64,000 nt of DNA from a bacterium (GCA_963692865.2 OY843592.1:1632001-1696000), one strand, 5' to 3'. Shown: positions 8,476 to 19,213, counted from the stretch's first letter. Notes: generated by a model not told the origin, from the sequence alone. Numbers and translations are program-made.

Positions 8476-8841
8476 GGGGTTGTTGAAAAAGTCCTGATGA
8501 ACGGAGTGTTTTACGCGACCGGGGAGGAACGGTTTTTGTAGGTCAGACATATATGTCTGACATATCATGCGGCCCGCCTTGTGGAGGCGAAAATCAGGGC
8601 CGCATGATATGCGTGGGACAACCCCGAGGAGGGGTTGTCACCTACAAACAAATTGTCTCTCTCCGGCTTTTTCAACAGCCCCGAGAAAGGAGCGTTTGTA
8701 TCGAAGGGCTTGCCCGAGTCTGTCGAGGGGAGCGCTCCCCTTCTTGGCCGGCAATCGCTCCCGCATTGGTCGCGATTGACCTTCGATACGCGGCTTCGCC
8801 GCTAATCAGGATGAGGCGGAGAGGGCGTTTTCAACAACCCC
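8476..8841. mobile_element. Non-autonomous MITE-like mosaic 1 (one left TIR, two right TIRs, REP cargo)
   Basis: L ggggttgttgaaaaag 8476-8491; R ctttttcaacagcccc 8667-8682 and ttttcaacaacccc 8828-8841. Inverted GTAG-REP pair 8538-8561/8616-8645 surrounds a 15-bp stem 8561-8575/8597-8611. TCGAAGG-type repeat at ~8698-8816. Confidence 0.75.
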
Positions 8842-8866
8842 GTATGGGGGCGCCGGATATGGAAAT

Positions 8867-8894
8867 TTGAAATATTCAGCGAATCTGCTACAAT
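8867..8894 (+). promoter_or_regulatory. Sigma70-type promoter for the M23 peptidase
   Basis: TTGAAA-16 bp-TACAAT with extended TG. Confidence 0.55.
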
Positions 8895-8943
8895 CATAGT
8901 TCAACGGAAGAATGAAGTTTTCTGTTGTACCTGCCGGTTTTAT

Positions 8944-10440
8944 ATGAAGTCCGCCCGATTATCGAAAGGACTTTTGATGCGCAGGAGGTGGGCGCGTCTC
9001 ATCACGCAATCTGGCTCCATACGAAAACCAGGCAGTCGTTCTGCGAGGCTCTGGGCAGTTGGCGTATTGTTGGTTCTGGGCTTCGGCGCGTTGTTGCTCA
9101 GCCGTCCGATAACACCCCCTCCTCCCGAATCGTCCGAAAAGAGCCCCCCGCGTCCGGATGCGCGTGCAGCCGAAAAAGCGCTTGAAGATGAGACGCCGCG
9201 GGAAATCGCCAAAGCGCCCCGGAATCAGGCGCGCGATAGGCCCGAAGAAAATGCTTTGAAGAAAGCCTCTCGGGATCAGCCGGTCAAGAGTCCTGCGAAA
9301 GAAGAAAAACTCACCACCGAAGCAGGCAGATTCTCCAAAGCGGACACCGTCATCGGCGTTTTGATGGCGCATGACGTGCGCCGTTCGGAGATTCAGAAAG
9401 TCCTGGACAGCGTTCGTGAAAAGCGTATTTTTTCGCGCATTCGGGCGGGCCGTCGATATGAAGTGAGAAAAAAAGACGGCGAATTCCGTGAATTCGTTCT
9501 TCAACTGGACAATAAAAGCCGCCTCAGAATCTCGCGAACGCCGAACGGGACGATGAGGGCCTCGAAAGAGGGCATCCCCTATTCGATCAATATCGTTCGC
9601 ATCCAATCCCGCATCAGCAGTTCATTGCATCAAGCCGTCGCCGATGGCGGCGGCTCTCCCGTACTGGCGAACAGGCTGGGCGATATTTTCGCATACGTCA
9701 TTGATTTTCATAAGGATTTGCAAAGAGGTGACCAGGTGGAAGTCCTGGTTGAGCGAAAGCATTTTCGGGGTGAATTCGCCGGCTACGGGAGGATTCTGGC
9801 GGCGGAATTCATGGTGAGGGGCAGGCGGCACACCGCGGTGTATTTCCGGCACGCAGGCGGTAAGTATTACAACTTCGAGGGCGAATCCCTGAGGCGGGCC
9901 TTTTTGCGGTCTCCGCTGCGTTATACGCGAATCAGTTCGCGTTTCTCCAAGAGGCGTTTCCACCCCCTGCTCAAGCGCTATCGTCCCCACTTCGGCATCG
10001 ACTACGCCGCGCCCCGTGGTACGCCCGTCCATGCGGTCGCCGATGGGGTCGTCGCCTGGGTGGGCCGCAAGAGCCAGGCCGGCAAGACGATTAAACTACG
10101 CCATGGCGGTGGTTATCGGACCTCCTACCTCCACCTGTATCGATATGCGCGCGGCATCCGCAAGGGCGGGCGGGTCTTCCAGGGACAGGTAATCGGCTAC
10201 GTGGGTTCCACGGGTTTGTCCACGGGACCTCATCTGGATTACCGGCTGAGCCGCTACGGGCGGTATCTGGATCCCCTGAAAGCGAAGCTCCCCAAGGGCA
10301 TGCCGCTCCCCCGCTCCCTGCGCTCGAAGTTCGGGAAGATTCTGGACGAACGCCGGAGAATGTTTGACAACCTGCCTTTGTTGAAGGACGCTCAGGCTTC
10401 CGCCACGCCCGTGGATCGGTTGTTCGGCGCGGGTGGATAG
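8944..10440 (+). CDS. M23 family peptidoglycan DD-endopeptidase (MepM/Csd3-like)
   Basis: N-terminal TM; HFGIDY (HxxxD), YLHL and STGPHLDY (HxH) motifs. Confidence 0.9.
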   Translation: MKSARLSKGLLMRRRWARLITQSGSIRKPGSRSARLWAVGVLLVLGFGALLLSRPITPPPPESSEKSPPRPDARAAEKALEDETPREIAKAPRNQARDRPEENALKKASRDQPVKSPAKEEKLTTEAGRFSKADTVIGVLMAHDVRRSEIQKVLDSVREKRIFSRIRAGRRYEVRKKDGEFREFVLQLDNKSRLRISRTPNGTMRASKEGIPYSINIVRIQSRISSSLHQAVADGGGSPVLANRLGDIFAYVIDFHKDLQRGDQVEVLVERKHFRGEFAGYGRILAAEFMVRGRRHTAVYFRHAGGKYYNFEGESLRRAFLRSPLRYTRISSRFSKRRFHPLLKRYRPHFGIDYAAPRGTPVHAVADGVVAWVGRKSQAGKTIKLRHGGGYRTSYLHLYRYARGIRKGGRVFQGQVIGYVGSTGLSTGPHLDYRLSRYGRYLDPLKAKLPKGMPLPRSLRSKFGKILDERRRMFDNLPLLKDAQASATPVDRLFGAGG

Positions 10441-10485
10441 AAAATCATTTCTTTGAACTGAAAGCCGAAGGGGGGAGAAGCGCCC

Positions 10486-10995
10486 ATGTTGATTCCCTTC
10501 GAGGGAATGCTGCCCAAAGTCCATGAAACCGCCTGGCTGGCGGAGACCGCCGTCGTCATCGGCGACGTGGAGATCGGCGAGCACAGCAGCGTTTGGTACA
10601 ACTGCGTCCTGCGCGGAGACCATATGCCCATCCGCGTGGGAAAACGCACGAACATACAAGACGGCTCCATTCTGCACATCGAGAGCGGGAAGTACGACTG
10701 CGTGCTGGGCGACGACATTACCGTGGGCCACATGGCCATCGTGCACGGGTGCCATGTGGGAGACGGCGCCGTCATCGCGATGGGCGCCATCGTGTTGAAC
10801 AACGCGAAGGTGGGAGCGGGCGCCGTCGTCGGAGCGGGCGCCGTCGTGTCCGAGAATAAAGTGATCGATCCCGGAACCCTCTGGCTGGGCGCGCCTGCGA
10901 GATATGTTCGCGACCTCAAAGAAGAGGAGATAGAGCGCTTCAAGAACGCGGCCGTCTCCTACATGAACAACAAAGAGCGTTTCAGAAATTCCTGA
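10486..10995 (+). CDS. Gamma carbonic anhydrase family protein (YrdA-like)
   Basis: Hexapeptide repeats; LRGD, TNIQDGSILH, TVGHMAIVHGC. Confidence 0.92.
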   Translation: MLIPFEGMLPKVHETAWLAETAVVIGDVEIGEHSSVWYNCVLRGDHMPIRVGKRTNIQDGSILHIESGKYDCVLGDDITVGHMAIVHGCHVGDGAVIAMGAIVLNNAKVGAGAVVGAGAVVSENKVIDPGTLWLGAPARYVRDLKEEEIERFKNAAVSYMNNKERFRNS

Positions 10996-11019
10996 CCACG
11001 CCGGAAATCCTCTATTTTC

Positions 11020-11970
11020 ATGTCTGAACAACCCCGCGCCGACGCCTCGGCCCCGCTCGCCGCGGTGGTGGACTTGGGCACGAACGCGGCCCGCCTGGCG
11101 CTCGCCACGCTCGATGATGCGGGCAGGCTGGAATCGCGGGGCCGCTGGCGCGAACTGATTCGCCTGGGCGAGGGGGTCCGCGAAACGGGTCTGCTCTCGG
11201 AGAACGCCATGGAGAGGGGACTCGCCTGCCTTGCCCGGTTTGCGCAAATCATTCGGGAGCATCGCGTCAACCTCGTCGACGCCCTGGCGACCAGCGCGCT
11301 GCGTGAGGCGCAAAATGCGGATGTGTTTATCGAGCGCGCCTTGCGGCTGGGGGTCGCGATGCGCGTTATTCCCGCCGAGGAGGAAGCGCGTCTGGCGCTG
11401 GCGGGCGTTTTCGCCGGCGAGGAGCGCAGACCCGAGCGAGCGTTGGTGTTCGACGTCGGGGGAGGAAGCCTCGAGATAATTCTCTCCGGGAGTGGCGGGG
11501 TTCGAGAGATGGCGAGCCTTCCCGCCGGCGTGGTGTATTTGACGGAGCGTTACCTGAAAACGATGCCCACGCCGGACGAGCAGGTGCAGGCTTGTTCGCA
11601 TGCCGTGGATGCGATGTTGGCGGATGTCGATTTCGCCGAGGAGGAACCGGCGGAAACCCCCTTTGTCGGCTGCGGGGGCGTGGTGGCGCTGGCATGGTTT
11701 TTGACCGAAGGCGCGCCGCCGGGCGGGCGCGTGGATGGACTCTCGCTGCCGGGTTCTTTTTTCGAGGAATGGGTCGGCCGGTTCGCCGGTCTGACTTACG
11801 GGCAAAGGAGAGAGCTTCGCGGTTTCGAGTCCGGGCGGGAGGACGTGGCGCTCGCCGGGCTCATCGTCGTGCGCGCGCTGTTGCGGTGGGGGCGAAAGCG
11901 GGAGTTCAGCGTATCAACCGGCGGCGTTCGCGAGGGAAGGCTGCTGGAGCTGCTGCGACGGGGCGCATAG
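11020..11970 (+). CDS. ppx: Ppx/GppA exopolyphosphatase (short form)
   Basis: VDLGTNAARL, ATSALREA, EEEARL, DVGGGS, GVREG. Confidence 0.85.
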   Translation: MSEQPRADASAPLAAVVDLGTNAARLALATLDDAGRLESRGRWRELIRLGEGVRETGLLSENAMERGLACLARFAQIIREHRVNLVDALATSALREAQNADVFIERALRLGVAMRVIPAEEEARLALAGVFAGEERRPERALVFDVGGGSLEIILSGSGGVREMASLPAGVVYLTERYLKTMPTPDEQVQACSHAVDAMLADVDFAEEEPAETPFVGCGGVVALAWFLTEGAPPGGRVDGLSLPGSFFEEWVGRFAGLTYGQRRELRGFESGREDVALAGLIVVRALLRWGRKREFSVSTGGVREGRLLELLRRGA

Positions 11971-11973
11971 ACG

Positions 11974-12518
11974 GGGGTTGTTGGAAAAGACCACAGAAGG
12001 AGCGCACTGAATTTCACTCCCCCCTTGAGGGGGAGTCGAAGAGGCCGAGCGGTTTGTGCGAAGGCCGATTCGGTGGGGGGTAAAACGTGTTTGATCGCCA
12101 TTCTGAATTCTACCCCCCACCGGCTCGACTTCGGGCTTCGCCCTCGTCTTGCCGTCTGGCTTTCCCCTCGGGAAGCCAGACCCTCAAGGGGGGAGTGAAA
12201 TCAAAAGCGTGTGCGCAACTCAAAATTGCTTCCCAGGGGTTTTTCAGCAGCCCCGACAAGGGGAGGGTTAGTTTCCTGCGGGTCAAGGTGGGGTAGGGGC
12301 GGTTCGCGAACCGCCCCTACGGTTCGTCCCGATACGCGAGGTTTCCATAGGGTCAGACACATATGTCTGACCCCCCGTGGCCGCCGGTCGGTCATATTCA
12401 TCCCGATATAGGACAGGCACGGGGACCCCGGACAATCCTTTTGGGTTGTCCGGCTACGGTGAACATTTCGATGATCGGGATTCTTTCCCTCCTCGGGGAG
12501 AATTTTTTCAACAGCCCC
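11974..12518. mobile_element. MITE-like mosaic 2 (one left TIR, two right TIRs)
   Basis: L ggggttgttggaaaag 11974-11989; R 12240-12254 and 12504-12518. Perfect 21-bp IR 12011-12031/12181-12201; perfect 28-bp palindrome gtaggggcggttcgcgaaccgcccctac 12293-12320; further REPs at 12347-12373 and 12428-12457. Confidence 0.75.
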
Positions 12519-12532
12519 TTGCGCTTCGTAGT

Positions 12533-12560
12533 TTGACACGATTCGACGCCTCCCTATATT
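12533..12560 (+). promoter_or_regulatory. Sigma70-type promoter for the yceD-rpmF-plsX-fab cluster
   Basis: TTGACA-16 bp-TATATT. Confidence 0.6.
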
Positions 12561-12651
12561 TTGAATCCAGGCATGGGGAAGTTGAAGCGCGATGGGACGT
12601 ATGCCCGGCGCGTACGCTCGTCTGGTCGAATACCTCTTCCGGGGAAACGAT

Positions 12652-13188
12652 ATGGGGAAAACACTTCAATTTCCTCTCTCCCAAATTCCGGATGATGGAC
12701 TGGACCTCGCTCTGGATTTGGAGATGGATGATTTGGATGAAGTCTGGTTCAGGGCTTCAAGTCTGAAACTCGCCGGCAGGTTGGAGAAGACGGGTCCTCA
12801 CGAGGTGAACTTCCAGGGCCGGTTGAGCGGTCGGCTTGTGTTGGAGTGCTCTCTCGGGCTGGCGGAATTTGCGCATCCGTTCGATGAGCCTTTGGCCGTC
12901 TATTTTTCTCAAATGCCGCAAGGTTCCGGTTCGGAGGGTGAAATCGAACTGAATGAAGAAGACCTCGATGCCGCATACATCGACAATGAGGCGGTGGATC
13001 TGACTACGCCCGTTCGCGATCAAATCGGGCTGGCGATTCCCATACAACCCAGATGCCCTGAAAAATGTCTGGGGGAAACGCCCGAAACTTGCCGGAAACT
13101 CGATGGGGGAGAGCCCGTCGGCGTGGGCGCGGAGGGAGACCCGCGGTGGGGGGCGCTCAAGGATTGGAAACCGCGAAGCTCCGCATGA
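12652..13188 (+). CDS. yceD: YceD/DUF177 family protein
   Basis: VDLTTPVRDQIGLAIPIQPRCPEKCLG and DPRWGALK; canonical position before rpmF. Start uncertain (12592 possible). Confidence 0.85.
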   Translation: MGKTLQFPLSQIPDDGLDLALDLEMDDLDEVWFRASSLKLAGRLEKTGPHEVNFQGRLSGRLVLECSLGLAEFAHPFDEPLAVYFSQMPQGSGSEGEIELNEEDLDAAYIDNEAVDLTTPVRDQIGLAIPIQPRCPEKCLGETPETCRKLDGGEPVGVGAEGDPRWGALKDWKPRSSA

Positions 13189-13324
13189 TGCGCCGCGGCG
13201 GTTTGTGTGGGGAAATCTGGAATATGTGGTAGTATACAGAGATTGCGTTTCCGAACATGGGGCCGAAAGGGCCTGGACGGAAATCGCCGTGTTTGACGTA
13301 TTGTTTTGAAAGGAGTGCGGTGCT

Positions 13325-13504
13325 GTGGGACTTCCCAAACGTCGGCACTCGCAGACGCGAGGCCGCAAAAGAAGAACACACTATAAGGCAGCGAAACCAT
13401 CTATGGCGGTTTGCTCGAACTGCAATAATCCGGTGCTGCCCCACCGGGTGTGCAGCGTCTGCGGGTATTACAAGGGCCAGAAAGTTCTGGAAGTGAAGGG
13501 ATAA
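13325..13504 (+). CDS. rpmF: 50S ribosomal protein L32, zinc-ribbon form (missed by ORF track)
   Basis: GTG start; MGLPKRRHSQTRGRKRRTHYKAAKPSMAVCSNCNNPVLPHRVCSVCGYYKGQKVLEVKG. Confidence 0.96.
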   Translation: MGLPKRRHSQTRGRKRRTHYKAAKPSMAVCSNCNNPVLPHRVCSVCGYYKGQKVLEVKG

Positions 13505-13521
13505 TACCACCGCTGGAAGAG

Positions 13522-14637
13522 ATGATGAAAATAGCGATAGACGCCATGGGGGGAGACAACGCGCCTTCGGCAATCATCGAAGGGGCGTTGGACGCTCACC
13601 GGGAAGAGGGTATCGAATCCATCCTGGTGGGCGCGCCGGAGCGAATCGAGGCGGAACTCGACCGTCTTGGAGCCTCTAAGGACGTCTTTGAGATTCGCGC
13701 GGCGAGCCAGGTCATCGATATGGGCGAGTCGCCCACGAAGTCGGTGAAGTCGAAGCCCGATTCATCCATGCGCGTCGCTCTCCAGTTGGTCAAGGACGGA
13801 GAAGCGCAGGGTGTATTCAGCGCGGGCGACACCGGAGGCGCCTTCGCCGCGGGTCTGGCCGTCTTGCAGCGCATGCAGGGAGTTCAGCGGCCCGCCATCG
13901 CCGCCCTGATCCCCACCCTCAAAGGATTTTCCGTCATGCTGGACGTGGGGGCGAATCTGACCCCCCGGGCGCAGCACCTGTTTCAATTCGGGGTCATGGG
14001 TTCCGTATATACCCAGGAAGTGTTCAAGAAGCCCGCGCCCACGGTGGGTTTGTTGAACGTAGGGGGCGAAGATTCCAAAGGAACCGACGTGCTCAAGGCG
14101 GTCCATGAGATTTTCGTGAAAAGCGATTTGAATTTTGTGGGCAACGTGGAGGGGAGCACGATTTTTCAGGGCGGCACGGACGTGATCGTGTGCGACGGGT
14201 TCGCGGGCAACGTGGCTTTGAAGGTGAGCGAGAGCCTCAGTGAAATGTTGACGACGCTGCTCAGGGAGGAAATCGTCGGTTCGATGCGCAACAAGATTGG
14301 ATACATGTTCTTGCAAAACGGACTGAAATCCATGCGCCAGAGAACCGATTATTCCGAATATGGAGCGGCGCCGTTGCTGGGTTTGGGTGGAATTTGTACA
14401 ATCGGGCATGGCCGAAGCAACGCGAAGGCCGTGAAAAACGCCATCCGGACGACGGCGAATATCGTCAAGGTCGATCTCAATACCAAGATAGAAAAAGAGA
14501 TCGACAAGCATACTTCCATACAGCGCAGCGGGGATGTGGGGTGGCGTTTGTGGAACCAGATACGAACGGGCATTTTCTACGAGAAGGTAACAGGGGACGA
14601 AAAAAAGAGCGGCGATGAAGAAAATCAGCCCTCTTGA
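13522..14637 (+). CDS. plsX: Phosphate acyltransferase PlsX
   Basis: KIAIDAMGGDNAP, LDVGAN, VCDGFAGNVALK, IGHGRS. Confidence 0.95.
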   Translation: MMKIAIDAMGGDNAPSAIIEGALDAHREEGIESILVGAPERIEAELDRLGASKDVFEIRAASQVIDMGESPTKSVKSKPDSSMRVALQLVKDGEAQGVFSAGDTGGAFAAGLAVLQRMQGVQRPAIAALIPTLKGFSVMLDVGANLTPRAQHLFQFGVMGSVYTQEVFKKPAPTVGLLNVGGEDSKGTDVLKAVHEIFVKSDLNFVGNVEGSTIFQGGTDVIVCDGFAGNVALKVSESLSEMLTTLLREEIVGSMRNKIGYMFLQNGLKSMRQRTDYSEYGAAPLLGLGGICTIGHGRSNAKAVKNAIRTTANIVKVDLNTKIEKEIDKHTSIQRSGDVGWRLWNQIRTGIFYEKVTGDEKKSGDEENQPS

Positions 14638-14704
14638 TATCTGAGCCGGTTTTCGACTACGATCACACCTTGGCAGTAATCTCGCCCGCATAGGGAATCA
14701 TACC

Positions 14705-15694
14705 GTGACCCATTCCGTCATCTTGGGGACAGGTTCTTATGTCCCTGAAAGAATTCTCTCGAATGCCGAGCTGGAAAAAATGGTCGACACCAGCGACCAA
14801 TGGATTCGAGAGCGGACGGGAATCAGCGAGCGGCGTGTGGCGAAGCCCGACGAAGCGACTTCCCACCTGTCGATTCATGCCGCCAATCAGGCGCTGGAAG
14901 CCGCGGGGGTGGAGCCTGAGGAAATCGACCTCATCATCGTAACCACCATCACGCCGGATACGATGTGCCCGGCTGCGGCCTGCTGGCTTCAGTCTCACAT
15001 CGGCGCGCACAAGGCCGCGGCGTTCGACTTGAATGCGGCGTGCACGGGCTTCGTCTATGGTCTTCAGGCCGCGGACGCATACATTCGCTCGGGCATGATG
15101 AAGAAAGTGCTCCTGGTTTCCGCCGACGTGATGACGCGGGTCACGAACTGGGAGGACAGGGGCACTTGCGTTCTCTGGGGCGATGGAGCGGGCGCCGTCG
15201 TTGTGGGGGCGTCGGAAAACGGACGAAGAGGCGTCTTGGATTCCAGAGTCTACAGCGACGGCAATGGCGGGGAATTGATTCTGGTGCCGGGCGGTGGCTC
15301 GCGATTCGCCCCGATCACGCCGGGCGATGTGCACAACAAGGAGCATTTGTTGCAGATGAAAGGGAAAGAGACGTTCAAGACGGCTGTGCGTTATTTCCTG
15401 GAAGTCTGTAATGAAATGCTGGAGCGAAGCGGTCTCACATTGGATGATGTGGATATTTTTATTCCGCATCAGGCGAATCTGCGGATTATCGAGGCCGTGG
15501 CGAAACGGCTTGAATTCTCAATGGATAAGGTAATAATCACGATTAACAAATACGGCAATATGTCCGCGGCCACCATCCCGGTAGCGCTGGATGAGTCGGT
15601 GAGGGATGGGAAAATCAGAAGCGGAGATAATGTCCTCATGGCCGCTTTCGGTGGAGGCCTCACCTGGGGTGCGTCATTAGTCGAGTGGAAGTGA
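14705..15694 (+). CDS. fabH: 3-oxoacyl-ACP synthase III
   Basis: AACTGF, PHQAN and YGNMSAA catalytic triad; FGGGLTWG. Confidence 0.96.
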   Translation: MTHSVILGTGSYVPERILSNAELEKMVDTSDQWIRERTGISERRVAKPDEATSHLSIHAANQALEAAGVEPEEIDLIIVTTITPDTMCPAAACWLQSHIGAHKAAAFDLNAACTGFVYGLQAADAYIRSGMMKKVLLVSADVMTRVTNWEDRGTCVLWGDGAGAVVVGASENGRRGVLDSRVYSDGNGGELILVPGGGSRFAPITPGDVHNKEHLLQMKGKETFKTAVRYFLEVCNEMLERSGLTLDDVDIFIPHQANLRIIEAVAKRLEFSMDKVIITINKYGNMSAATIPVALDESVRDGKIRSGDNVLMAAFGGGLTWGASLVEWK

Positions 15695-15799
15695 TGATAT
15701 GAACGCTTGGAAAGATTTCGCTTCATCCCCCGCCCTGTTTCATCAACGAGCATAATTGATTAAAGCTTCGCCGTTCATGCCATAGGTAAGGGTTGCCAG

Positions 15800-16738
15800 A
15801 TGGGTGTGAAAATTGCGTTTTTGTTTCCAGGCCAGGGTTCGCAGTATGTCGGCATGGGCAAACAATTCCATGATGAGCATCCACTGGCGCGGGAAGCCTA
15901 TGATCAGGCGAGCGATATCCTGGGGTGGGACCTCGCAAGGCTCAGTTTTGAAGGCCCGAAGTCGGAGTTGACGCTCACCTGCCACACCCAGCCCGCGATT
16001 CTCGTTCATAGCCATATCGCATGCGCTTTGCTGCGCGAGCGCGGTTTCAGCCCCTCTCTCGCACTGGGCCACAGTCTGGGGGAATACTCCGCCCTCCTGG
16101 CGGCCGGGGCCATCGATTTCCATACGGGTGTTGAACTGGTGAAGAAAAGAGGCCGCTTCATGCACGAGGCCGTCCCCGAGCGGGGCGGCGCCATGGCGGC
16201 CTTGCTCGGCATGGAGAGAGAGGCGGCCGAAGCCATATGCGGGGAAGTGGAGGGCGTGGTGGAGGTTGCAAATTATAATGCCCCCGGCCAATATGTCTTG
16301 TCGGGAGACAAGGACGCGGTGGAATCCGCCGCTCGTCTGGCGACGGACGGAGGAGCCAGGAAGGTCGTCATGCTTCCGGTGGGAGCGCCCTTCCATTGTT
16401 CCTTGCTGAGTGAAGCGGCCGAGCGGATGGGTGAGGTTCTCGATGAAGCGGATATCGCCGACCCTTCGGTCCCCGTCTACGCGAATGTGACCGCCCAGCC
16501 CGTTCGGGAGGGAAAACAGGTAAGAGAACTGCTCAAGCGGCAGATTCGCTCCGCCGTGCGCTGGGAGGACGCCGTGCGCGCGGCAGGCGAGGAAAAACCC
16601 GACGTGATGGTCGAGTTGGGCCCCGGGAAAGTGCTCTCCGGATTGAACAGGCGGATATTGAGGGATATACCGGTGCATAATGTGGAAGATGTGCAGAGTC
16701 TGGAGAAAGCGGTTTCGGCCCTGGGCGAGTTCAACTGA
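15800..16738 (+). CDS. fabD: Malonyl-CoA:ACP transacylase
   Basis: FPGQGSQ, GHSLGEY, APFH. Confidence 0.96.
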   Translation: MGVKIAFLFPGQGSQYVGMGKQFHDEHPLAREAYDQASDILGWDLARLSFEGPKSELTLTCHTQPAILVHSHIACALLRERGFSPSLALGHSLGEYSALLAAGAIDFHTGVELVKKRGRFMHEAVPERGGAMAALLGMEREAAEAICGEVEGVVEVANYNAPGQYVLSGDKDAVESAARLATDGGARKVVMLPVGAPFHCSLLSEAAERMGEVLDEADIADPSVPVYANVTAQPVREGKQVRELLKRQIRSAVRWEDAVRAAGEEKPDVMVELGPGKVLSGLNRRILRDIPVHNVEDVQSLEKAVSALGEFN

Positions 16739-16909
16739 ATTTCATCCCCGTGTATGATGGTTGATGAGGACATTGAGGGGAAAGGAAAAAAGCAAGTCGT
16801 AGAATTCGGATGAACGCCCCGCGGCAGCGCGAATGAGTATCGGGTCTGATTTCTTGTCGAAAGGACGACCCCATACCGGTTTGATGGAAAGATTTTCGGA
16901 GGAATCGGC

Positions 16910-17158
16910 GTGACAGATGAAATCAAAGCACAAATCAAGGAAATCATTGTTGAGCAGTTGAGTGTGGAGCCTGAAAAGGTGGTGCCGGAAGCTTCATTTA
17001 CCGATGATCTGGGGGCGGACTCGCTGGATACCGTGGAGCTCGTCATGGCGTTCGAGGAGAAATTCGGTATCGAAATACCCGATGAAGAAGCGGAAAACAT
17101 CTCCACGGTTCAGGATGCGTACGACTATATCGGCAAGGTGCCCGGAGCGGGAGATTAG
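16910..17158 (+). CDS. acpP: Acyl carrier protein
   Basis: [20 protein letters not shown]. Confidence 0.97.
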   Translation: MTDEIKAQIKEIIVEQLSVEPEKVVPEASFTDDLGADSLDTVELVMAFEEKFGIEIPDEEAENISTVQDAYDYIGKVPGAGD

Positions 17159-17193
17159 AAAAACCCCGTTGGTCTGCAAATCGAAGAGGAAGC

Positions 17194-18471
17194 ATGAATA
17201 ATCTGGATTTGGTGAAGTCGGACGTACGGGTCGCCGTGACGGGGCTCGGATTGATTACGCCGCTGGGCTTGACGGTGGAGGAAAACTGGGAAGCCTTGAT
17301 GCAGGGCCGTTCGGGTATCGGCAAGGTGTCGAAGTTTTGCCCGGATCGCCTGACGTCTCGAATCGGCGGAGAAATCAAGGGGTTCGAGCCGGAAAACTAC
17401 TTGCCCCGCAAAGAACTCAAGAAGATGGATACCTTCATCCAGTACGTTCTTGCGGCCACCCAGATGGCTTTCGATGACGCGAGTCTCGGCGTCCCGGACG
17501 TGGATGAGGCGCCGCGATACGGCGCCATCATCGGCGTGGGGTTGGGCGGTTTGCCCGCCATCGAGGCGAACAAGGAGTTGTTGCTGACCAGAGAGCCGAG
17601 CCGCATCAGCCCCTTCTTCATCCCCATGCTGCTGGGCAACCTGGCCGCTGGCCAGGTTTCAATGCGCTGGGGATTAAAGGGGCCGAACATTTGCACCACC
17701 ACGGCGTGCGCATCCGGGAATCACGCCATCGGGGACGCGATGAAGTGCATTCAGCGCGGACTGGTGGATGTCATGGTGGCCGGTGGGAGCGAGTCCTGCA
17801 TCACGGAGTTGGCCATGGCGGGATTTTGCGCCATGCGGGCGCTCAGCACGCGCAATGATGACCCCGAGAGGGCGAGTCGTCCCTTTGATACGGACAGGGA
17901 CGGATTCGTGATGGCGGAGGGGGCGGGCGTCATGATCCTGGAGCGCTATGAACACGCCGTGGCGCGGGGCGCGAACATTTACGCCGATCTCAGTGGTTAT
18001 GGCCTCACTTCCGACGCCCACCACATCACCTCTCCGGACCCCGGCGGCGAGGGGGCGGCCCGCTGCATGGACATGGCGCTGAGCGATGCGGGGCTTGAGC
18101 CTGACGATGTGGACTACATCAACGCGCATGGCACGTCTACCGGCGCGGGGGACAGGCTCGAAACGACGGCCATCAAAAGAACATTCGGTGAGCATGCCTA
18201 CGAACTTAGTGTAAGTTCCACCAAATCTATGACCGGGCATCTGCTGGGTGCGGCGGGAGGGGTGGAATCGGTTTTCACCATCCTGGCGCTTAAAAACCAG
18301 AGTATTCCTCCCACGATCAATCTGGATACTCCGGATCCGGAGTGCGATCTCGACTATGTGCCCAATTCTGCCCGGAAAGCGGATATCGGCTGTGCCATCA
18401 CAAACTCTTTCGGGTTCGGGGGGACCAACGCGTCGCTCTTGTTCAAGAGAGCGGAAAGCAACGCGGCTTAA
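17194..18471 (+). CDS. fabF: 3-oxoacyl-ACP synthase II
   Basis: TACASG, NAHGTST, TKSMTGHLLGAAG, NSFGFGGTN. Confidence 0.97.
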   Translation: MNNLDLVKSDVRVAVTGLGLITPLGLTVEENWEALMQGRSGIGKVSKFCPDRLTSRIGGEIKGFEPENYLPRKELKKMDTFIQYVLAATQMAFDDASLGVPDVDEAPRYGAIIGVGLGGLPAIEANKELLLTREPSRISPFFIPMLLGNLAAGQVSMRWGLKGPNICTTTACASGNHAIGDAMKCIQRGLVDVMVAGGSESCITELAMAGFCAMRALSTRNDDPERASRPFDTDRDGFVMAEGAGVMILERYEHAVARGANIYADLSGYGLTSDAHHITSPDPGGEGAARCMDMALSDAGLEPDDVDYINAHGTSTGAGDRLETTAIKRTFGEHAYELSVSSTKSMTGHLLGAAGGVESVFTILALKNQSIPPTINLDTPDPECDLDYVPNSARKADIGCAITNSFGFGGTNASLLFKRAESNAA

Positions 18472-18535
18472 AAAAAGCGGTCCCGCCAAAAACGGAAACG
18501 AGGATATCTCCGGTTTCGGGGCAAGGAACGTCGCC

Positions 18536-19213
<678 letters not shown>

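Noticed and set aside
8944-10440. M23 peptidase as the endolysin of the tail module
   Set aside because: It is divergently transcribed with its own promoter and has a membrane-anchored MepM-like housekeeping architecture.
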